Source of the DNA: an uncultured virus (IMG/VR IMGVR_UViG_3300009512_000012)
Taxonomy: Duplodnaviria; Heunggongvirae; Uroviricota; Caudoviricetes
IMG/VR virus record: IMGVR_UViG_3300009512_000012
Reading direction: 5' to 3' (one strand)
DNA: 64,000 bases
The position numbers and the translations under genes are program-made. The notes beneath the pieces are model-generated. The model was given only the letters and a program-made list of their open reading frames with translations, made no database searches and had not been told where the DNA came from. Below are positions 58,094 to 64,000 of the stretch, in pieces. Numbering within the stretch: the stretch's first letter is position 1; each line of letters opens with the position of its first letter.

Positions 58094-59275
58094 TTAGGTC
58101 CTTGTAATAATAACCGAACTACGTGTTACAGGTTGCATTCCTATCGCTGCATCGTTGTTAGGTATACCTTGATTTACTCCTAATCCATAGTTTACACTAG
58201 GGATTTGTCCTACTTCTAGTATCTTTGTTGATTCTTCACTTATTAAATGATTAAATTCTGCTGCAATATCTAAAAAATCAGTTTCTATTAAAACTGCAAA
58301 GTCATCCTCTAGAGTGATTTGGTCAGATTCTAACCCACCACCAGTACCAACTTCTAATTGAATTCCGTCTTTAGGTTCTGGTTGTAGAGATGTTTCTAAT
58401 TGTATTCTCTGATTTGATTCTGTTGCAAGTGTTCGTTTCAGTGAACGTGTATCATATTCTTCTAAAATTAAAGAACCATTGTCCTCTAATAAAAATCTAA
58501 AGTTATCTTCACTCTTTAGTTGTGAATCTAAATCACTTGAAGATTCATCTGTACCATCTAAAGTAAGTACACCACCACTTTCTTCTAGTTCAAAACCATC
58601 CTCATCAATAGAACCAGAGTTAATATCACCCTGACCTGCGATTGTAGAACGATTTGGATTTAGTTTAGTATCATCAAACTGTTCTTGCAAACTATCCTCT
58701 GCTGTTAAAATTCTACCATCTTCAGCATTTAGTCTTGTTAATGCAGGTACAGTTCCGTCTTCAGATATAAGAGCATGGTCGCCATTAAAAAGAATCGTAT
58801 CTTCTAGTGTTATAACTCTACCATCTTGAGATGCGATAGGTGTTGTACCATCAAACTCTGCAACAAGTTTATTATCAAGTTCAAATCCTTGTATTGAATT
58901 TGGTTGTTCTGATAATATCTTACTTGGTCTAAGTACGTTAGATATATTAATGTTACCGATTTGTTGAAAATTAAATGTTGATTGATTTGTAGGATTATCT
59001 TGTAATAATCTATCTCCAACACTTTGAACTTGAAAGGGTGTAAATGTTAAAACAGAAGTTTCAGCAAGAAATCTATTTGTGTCTTGACCTACAGTTCCAA
59101 ACTCAGCAATAAAATTATCACCATTTGTTTCGTCAACAATAAAATTAGTTTGTGGTGTTGGTGGAATTCCGTCTAAAATAATTCTTTCTGTTAAACTACC
59201 TTCAAGTTGAATACCATCACCATCTTGTTCTCCAAAAGGATTTTGTGCTAAATGTAAAAATAAATTTTGTGCCAT
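58094..59275 (-). CDS. acidic repeat-rich virion protein
   Basis: Many (I/L)xLE(D/E) and LDGTD motifs; TAATG-coupled to the gp7-like gene. Confidence 0.65.
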   Translation of the reverse strand: MAQNLFLHLAQNPFGEQDGDGIQLEGSLTERIILDGIPPTPQTNFIVDETNGDNFIAEFGTVGQDTNRFLAETSVLTFTPFQVQSVGDRLLQDNPTNQSTFNFQQIGNINISNVLRPSKILSEQPNSIQGFELDNKLVAEFDGTTPIASQDGRVITLEDTILFNGDHALISEDGTVPALTRLNAEDGRILTAEDSLQEQFDDTKLNPNRSTIAGQGDINSGSIDEDGFELEESGGVLTLDGTDESSSDLDSQLKSEDNFRFLLEDNGSLILEEYDTRSLKRTLATESNQRIQLETSLQPEPKDGIQLEVGTGGGLESDQITLEDDFAVLIETDFLDIAAEFNHLISEESTKILEVGQIPSVNYGLGVNQGIPNNDAAIGMQPVTRSSVIITRT

Positions 59276-62200
59276 TATCTTGCCCTCGCTGCTCTAGATA
59301 CTCTAGAAATTTTAGACACAGGTACAAATACTAATTCTTGTTTACCACCTTGTACAGAAGCTGTTTCTGCAAATATTCTGTTACCTTTACCATACATTGT
59401 AATTGTACCATCTTCACATAATATACTAACACCTGCATTTTGTGACAATACACTTTCTGCTATTAAGTTATCACCTGTCTCTGCAAGTAAATCATCGCCC
59501 CCAACTTCTTGAGCAAAAGTTGATGTTGAAGAACCATCGATTGTAACTTTATCAGTTCTACTTCCTATTCTTGCTGAAGGTCGTACGACATAATGTCGTC
59601 TAGGAATATGTTCATCAAATATTTTATTAAATGTAGAAGCAAGGATTGGTGAGAATGTACCATCAGTATCAACTCTTGCATATTCTTTACCAGCATTTTT
59701 AATTGATAATGAAACAAATGATGCAATAGAAACTTTACCAAAAGGATTAAATCCAGCAGGGTGAACTGCTCTTTTTAATTCGTTTAAATAAGTTGCAGCT
59801 GATTGACCAACTTGAACTTCATAAGAAAATGCTTGATAGTAATATGAATCTTGTATTCTAATTAAATCTTCATCTATTAAAGATTGTACAGAAATATAAT
59901 TACCATCTGTGTCTTGAGTAATATCTACAATGGTATTTGCTTTGGCAATGTCTGCTAAAAGAATTGTACCAGATGCACCACTAGAATCCGTTATAACAAT
60001 ATCTTCTTTAGAGAAATCTAATTTATCTTGAGTAATAATATTTGCGTCTGCATTGTTTGATGAACTATCTGTACCATCTAAAGCAATGTAGTCACCAATA
60101 GAAACGCTATCCTCTGTTTCAAATAATAATGTAAAACCATCCTCAAGAGTTAATTTATTACCTTGTTGTTCAGTTCGTAATCTTTGACCTGTCTCACCAC
60201 CTAAAAATCTAGTACCAATATTAACGTCACCATCAAGAATTAATTTACCATTTTCACCTGCGATAAGAGCATTAGTAGATTCTAAAAGTATATCTCCACC
60301 ATCATCTTCTAAATCTAAACCAGTTAATTCGTTTCCACCAGGTTGTGTACCTGAATCAAGTAACATTTTATGTTTAGTTCTTGTTATAGAATCAAAAACA
60401 ATATTACTACCTTCATCTGCTATAATTGTATTTCTACTTCTAGTTTCCATAGTTCCACCATTACCAGAATGATTAGTACCATAATAATATAATGTTGGTG
60501 CATTAGTAGGAACAACTATTTGAATATAAGCACCTGCTGTTCCAATTAAAGTTGTAATTGGTGAAGATGTAACGCCAGAAGTAAACGCAACGCCACCACC
60601 GTGAGTACCATCTGGTGTAGAAGAAAATCCAAGTGAATGGTTAAGTGTAATATCTTCGTTGTATAATAAGGGGTTAGATAAATCAAATTTGTAAGTACTG
60701 CCTTCTTTTAATAATATTTGTTTTTGTCTTTCACCATTTATTATAAAATACTCATCACTTGAATCGTTAGGATTTTGATAATGTTTTACATCAATTGTAA
60801 AAACTCTAATTGGTTCAAGTTTTGCACTTGTTCCGTCTAAGATAATATTGTCATCATCTGTTAATGGTATAATTTGAGTATCCTCTGCAAGTATATTATG
60901 ATGATTAACATTAGGTTCTTGGTCTTCAAGAATAAATGGAATACTTACAGCAGTACTACTTTCCATTTCAATTTTTTCAGAATCTTCAAATGTCACATCT
61001 AATTGTTGAGTTGTTGAATCATAACCTTGAACTGTACCAACATGAGTTGTTAAAGTATTGTTAACTGCAAACGTACCAGTAACATCTTTTAAAATAAAGT
61101 GTGCTTGTAATGTTATGTTTGGTAAATCAGTTTCATCATAATTAAAACCAGAATCTTTTATTCTTAAAGAATTTACAGCACCGATATCATTTGTCAATGC
61201 TAAAAGTTTTGCACCAGTACCACTTTCAGATGTAACTGTAATTGTTGGAAGACTTGTATAACCAGTACCTGGTGTTTGTAAAAATATTTGATTGATAGCT
61301 GTCTTTTCTGCTTCTGTATCAAATGAAGCTTCTTCAAGTATGATTCTTTCATCATCATTTGTAAGTGTGTCTAAAGAAACTTGAGTTTGATTTGTTATTA
61401 ATTTATCACCAGCATTTAAACCGTTACTATCTGTTCCTTCTAATATAATATTATCTTCAGTTTGTGGTGGCCATGAAAGATATGTTTCTGAATCATATGA
61501 ACCTGTTGGTTTGGCAACTAGTCCATGATTCATTTGACCTTTTGGCATATAAAAAGTTGTGCCAGGAAATTCTATAAATGTATGTGGATGTGATTCAGTT
61601 GTACCACCTGCAGCTACAGCAGTTAAAAATAAAGGATAAAAATATCCTGTTTTACCAGCACCTAACTGATTGTACTCAGCAGTACCATAAACATAGTAAG
61701 GGCCATCAGCAATTTCTTTTGTTTCTAATGCAACATTAAATGGTAAGTCAGAAAGTTTAGAAGCCGTTTCTCTTTGCATACCATCACCGTCTTCAAATAA
61801 AAGTGAACCTCCTAAAGCAGATACTACACCAGTAGCAGCTATAACCCCATCTCCAGCTGAAAACTCAAGTTTGTCACCAACTTCATAACCAGAACCTGGT
61901 GTTTGCACAAATACTTTTGATATAGAACCTTCTTTTATATTGTTAACTTCAATTTCAGCAAAACCATTACCTTTGTCAGCATCAACGGTTGCAGTTTCAG
62001 TTAAAGAATGTAATATACCATCATTTGTAATTTCAGTATCAGATACTATAGATTTTATTGTAAAACTTATACTAATATCTTTTGTGTTTGAAATGACATC
62101 AATAATTTCTCCTGTTTGAAAATTTGTTACACCTGGTATTATATTTTCAAGTTCAAATTCAGAAACAGAATCATCACCTTGAATAAATGTTGACGCTGCA

Positions 62201-63012
62201 TCTATTACTGCTGTAGCGAAAGAAGTTCTTCCTGTGATAACTTGACTTAAAGCTTCTGAACCAGTTCCTTGTCCATTTGATACACAACGTAATTTTTTCT
62301 TTGTAGACCATTTTCCGTCAGAAAGACGTAACATATTTTGATTAGGATAAAATATATTAGAACTTTCATTAAGTAATAAACGCATAAAAAGTTTATGACC
62401 TTGAGATGTACCTTTGGCAGCATACAGGTCTCTAATATTTTTTATAAGATTTCTTTTTGATACACCTGTTGCAAGTGTATTAGGTATAACTTTTAAAAAC
62501 GATTCTCTAAATTGCGTAAAGAATTCATTAACAGTATTGTCAATATCAGCGTAGTCTAAAAGTTGTTGAATGTTTTGTACTGGGTTACCTTTGTATTCAG
62601 TAAGTTCAGCTTCTGCACCAGATGTCAATCCTTTAATTATTTCGCCAACTTCAAATCTTTGGTTAGAAGTTGTGTATAAAGAAGCGTTACGAACATCTTC
62701 AACTATGATAGTTGTTTCAGCACCTGATGTTTGTCCTTTAATAATTTCACCATTTTGAAATTCTGTAGAATCTTCAAGAACCATTCTATCAATGGCTGCA
62801 CCAAGTACTCCATTTTCAGATAAGACATATGCTTTTGTTTCTGGTTCTAGAGTAAGATAGTTTGTACCAGTTTTATATTTTAATCTGGCAGATTCTAAAA
62901 ACTTATAGAAGTCGGTAACAAATGCAGAGTAAACGGCATGGTCTTCGTCTTGAAGAAAATCTGGTAGTTGTCCTCTTATTAATGGTGAGAGTTTATTATC
63001 TATTATTGCCAT
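59275..63012 (-). CDS. 7: baseplate wedge initiator (gp7-like)
   Basis: QLP.F, LIKNI.DLY..KGT, LR.SDGKW, IQDS.YYQ.FSY, HPAG; lies between gp6 and gp8. Confidence 0.85.
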   Translation of the reverse strand: MAIIDNKLSPLIRGQLPDFLQDEDHAVYSAFVTDFYKFLESARLKYKTGTNYLTLEPETKAYVLSENGVLGAAIDRMVLEDSTEFQNGEIIKGQTSGAETTIIVEDVRNASLYTTSNQRFEVGEIIKGLTSGAEAELTEYKGNPVQNIQQLLDYADIDNTVNEFFTQFRESFLKVIPNTLATGVSKRNLIKNIRDLYAAKGTSQGHKLFMRLLLNESSNIFYPNQNMLRLSDGKWSTKKKLRCVSNGQGTGSEALSQVITGRTSFATAVIDAASTFIQGDDSVSEFELENIIPGVTNFQTGEIIDVISNTKDISISFTIKSIVSDTEITNDGILHSLTETATVDADKGNGFAEIEVNNIKEGSISKVFVQTPGSGYEVGDKLEFSAGDGVIAATGVVSALGGSLLFEDGDGMQRETASKLSDLPFNVALETKEIADGPYYVYGTAEYNQLGAGKTGYFYPLFLTAVAAGGTTESHPHTFIEFPGTTFYMPKGQMNHGLVAKPTGSYDSETYLSWPPQTEDNIILEGTDSNGLNAGDKLITNQTQVSLDTLTNDDERIILEEASFDTEAEKTAINQIFLQTPGTGYTSLPTITVTSESGTGAKLLALTNDIGAVNSLRIKDSGFNYDETDLPNITLQAHFILKDVTGTFAVNNTLTTHVGTVQGYDSTTQQLDVTFEDSEKIEMESSTAVSIPFILEDQEPNVNHHNILAEDTQIIPLTDDDNIILDGTSAKLEPIRVFTIDVKHYQNPNDSSDEYFIINGERQKQILLKEGSTYKFDLSNPLLYNEDITLNHSLGFSSTPDGTHGGGVAFTSGVTSSPITTLIGTAGAYIQIVVPTNAPTLYYYGTNHSGNGGTMETRSRNTIIADEGSNIVFDSITRTKHKMLLDSGTQPGGNELTGLDLEDDGGDILLESTNALIAGENGKLILDGDVNIGTRFLGGETGQRLRTEQQGNKLTLEDGFTLLFETEDSVSIGDYIALDGTDSSSNNADANIITQDKLDFSKEDIVITDSSGASGTILLADIAKANTIVDITQDTDGNYISVQSLIDEDLIRIQDSYYYQAFSYEVQVGQSAATYLNELKRAVHPAGFNPFGKVSIASFVSLSIKNAGKEYARVDTDGTFSPILASTFNKIFDEHIPRRHYVVRPSARIGSRTDKVTIDGSSTSTFAQEVGGDDLLAETGDNLIAESVLSQNAGVSILCEDGTITMYGKGNRIFAETASVQGGKQELVFVPVSKISRVSRAARAR

Positions 63013-63022
63013 ATTGCTTCAT

Positions 63023-64000
63023 CTAGTAAGAACTGCTTGAACTTGAACTGCTTGAACTTGATGAAGTACCACTTGTTGTTCCACCAGAAGTAGTTACAGT
63101 CGTTGATGCGCTACTACCACTACCTGTTGTCGTAAACGTTGACCCTGAAGCAGATTGTGTATCTGTGTTGCCTGTTATAGTTGTATTAAAAAAATCTATT
63201 TCTAAGATTTGGTTTCGAACAGGTACAATATCATTTGAGTTTGGTATTACAACTAATCGTATTGTTGTGGATATTGAACCATCTACATCTGAAATAGCTG
63301 TAATATTAATATTACTAACACTAATGGCTCCTGTGTCATAGTCTATTGTTCCAGCTTGTTCATCAATATAAGAACGTGCTGTACCAACAATAGCATATCT
63401 TCTTAGATTGCCGTTACCATCATCATCAAAAAAATATTCTGTTACTGTATCAGTACCAACTTTAAAACCTGTTGATGATACAACTCCTCCAACACTAGCA
63501 AGATAACCTGCCTCAGGGTGAAATAAAGCGTTATTAAATGGTATGTAATAAGAGATTGTTGTACCTTGAGAAGGTAAAAAGTTCTTTGTTAATTTTACAG
63601 TTGTAGTATTATTTAGAATTGATGGGTCGGCAGAATCAATAAGTCTTGAAACTTCGGATGCTCTAAACTGTGAATTAAATTGTTGTAGTGTGTCTGTGTT
63701 GTAATTTGTAATAGCAGTTGTAATTGCTGAATCGATAGCTGAAGAAAGTTTAGTTGTCGCTGATGTATCAAAAGAATATCCAACTGCCAATTGAATAAAA
63801 GTTGTGTCTGGGTCAACAATAACAGGTGTAATAGAAGCAACTGTGTATGGTGCTAACTCTGTTACCAATTGAGACTTTTGCGTAGATGTTAAAATAGAAC
63901 CTGTTGTTGATTTGATTGAAATAAAAACTTTACCATATTCGGGTGTTGAACTAACACCAGTTGATGAATCATAACTTCCGTCTTCTCCACCAAAAACTGA
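63023..64000 (-). CDS. 6: baseplate wedge subunit (gp6), C-terminal part
   Basis: Frame is open to the window edge (..FGGEDG..PEYGKVFISIK..); F...FR.S, G.IDY.TG.I, P.SND..P.RNQ.L. Confidence 0.9.
   Translation of the reverse strand, partial: SVFGGEDGSYDSSTGVSSTPEYGKVFISIKSTTGSILTSTQKSQLVTELAPYTVASITPVIVDPDTTFIQLAVGYSFDTSATTKLSSAIDSAITTAITNYNTDTLQQFNSQFRASEVSRLIDSADPSILNNTTTVKLTKNFLPSQGTTISYYIPFNNALFHPEAGYLASVGGVVSSTGFKVGTDTVTEYFFDDDGNGNLRRYAIVGTARSYIDEQAGTIDYDTGAISVSNINITAISDVDGSISTTIRLVVIPNSNDIVPVRNQILEIDFFNTTITGNTDTQSASGSTFTTTGSGSSASTTVTTSGGTTSGTSSSSSSSSSSSSY

Noticed and set aside
1563..62758. Many plus-strand ORFs in the track (e.g. 1563..1817, 2304..2708, 12319..12726, 31349..31810, 47677..48426, 49337..49792, 51180..51569)
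   Set aside because: They lie antisense within well-supported genes, have no recognisable motifs, and are expected shadows of codon bias.
8472..63840. Short same-strand alternative-frame ORFs (8472, 12302, 14882, 36369, 52261, 58810, 63613)
   Set aside because: Nested out of frame inside conserved genes, with typical shifted-frame composition.
1..64000. tRNA, rRNA, CRISPR array, IS element, integrase
   Set aside because: None recognised; intergenic gaps are short and mostly explained by promoters and terminators. No covariance search was run.
1..64000. Cyanophage identity or alternative genetic code
   Set aside because: No photosynthesis genes in this window, and core genes are full length under the standard code with TAA, TAG and TGA all used as stops.

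Overview
This window is part of an AT-rich T4-like (Tevenvirinae/Kyanoviridae-type) myophage genome, probably from an aquatic heterotroph host; the host cannot be determined from this window. Nearly all genes are on the minus strand. Read in transcription direction (right to left): baseplate/virion genes (gp6, gp7-like, gp8, DUF4815-type protein, fibre proteins), neck/packaging/tail/head genes (gp13-gp23, gp3), uvsY/uvsW, gp55, gp47/46, a CobT/CobS-like pair, hsp20, the replication core (gp45, gp44, gp62, regA, gp43), a PP-loop amide-ligase-like gene, and the start of a C5-cytosine methyltransferase. Many sugar and small-molecule tailoring genes are inserted into this core. The most notable is a DegT/DesI-type aminotransferase + glycosyltransferase + DesII-like radical SAM cassette between gp44 and gp62, with an amidinotransferase between regA and gp43. 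Others include a carbamoyltransferase/SGNH/UDP-glucose dehydrogenase/radical SAM block, an epimerase with two GT-A paralogues, and a methyltransferase. Non-coding signals include a ROSE-like RNA thermometer on hsp20, stem-loop promoter cassettes flanking hsp20, many TATAAATA late promoters, apparently leaderless genes, an antisense sigma70 promoter and apparent absence of GATC. All family calls come from motif recognition by eye; no searches were run.
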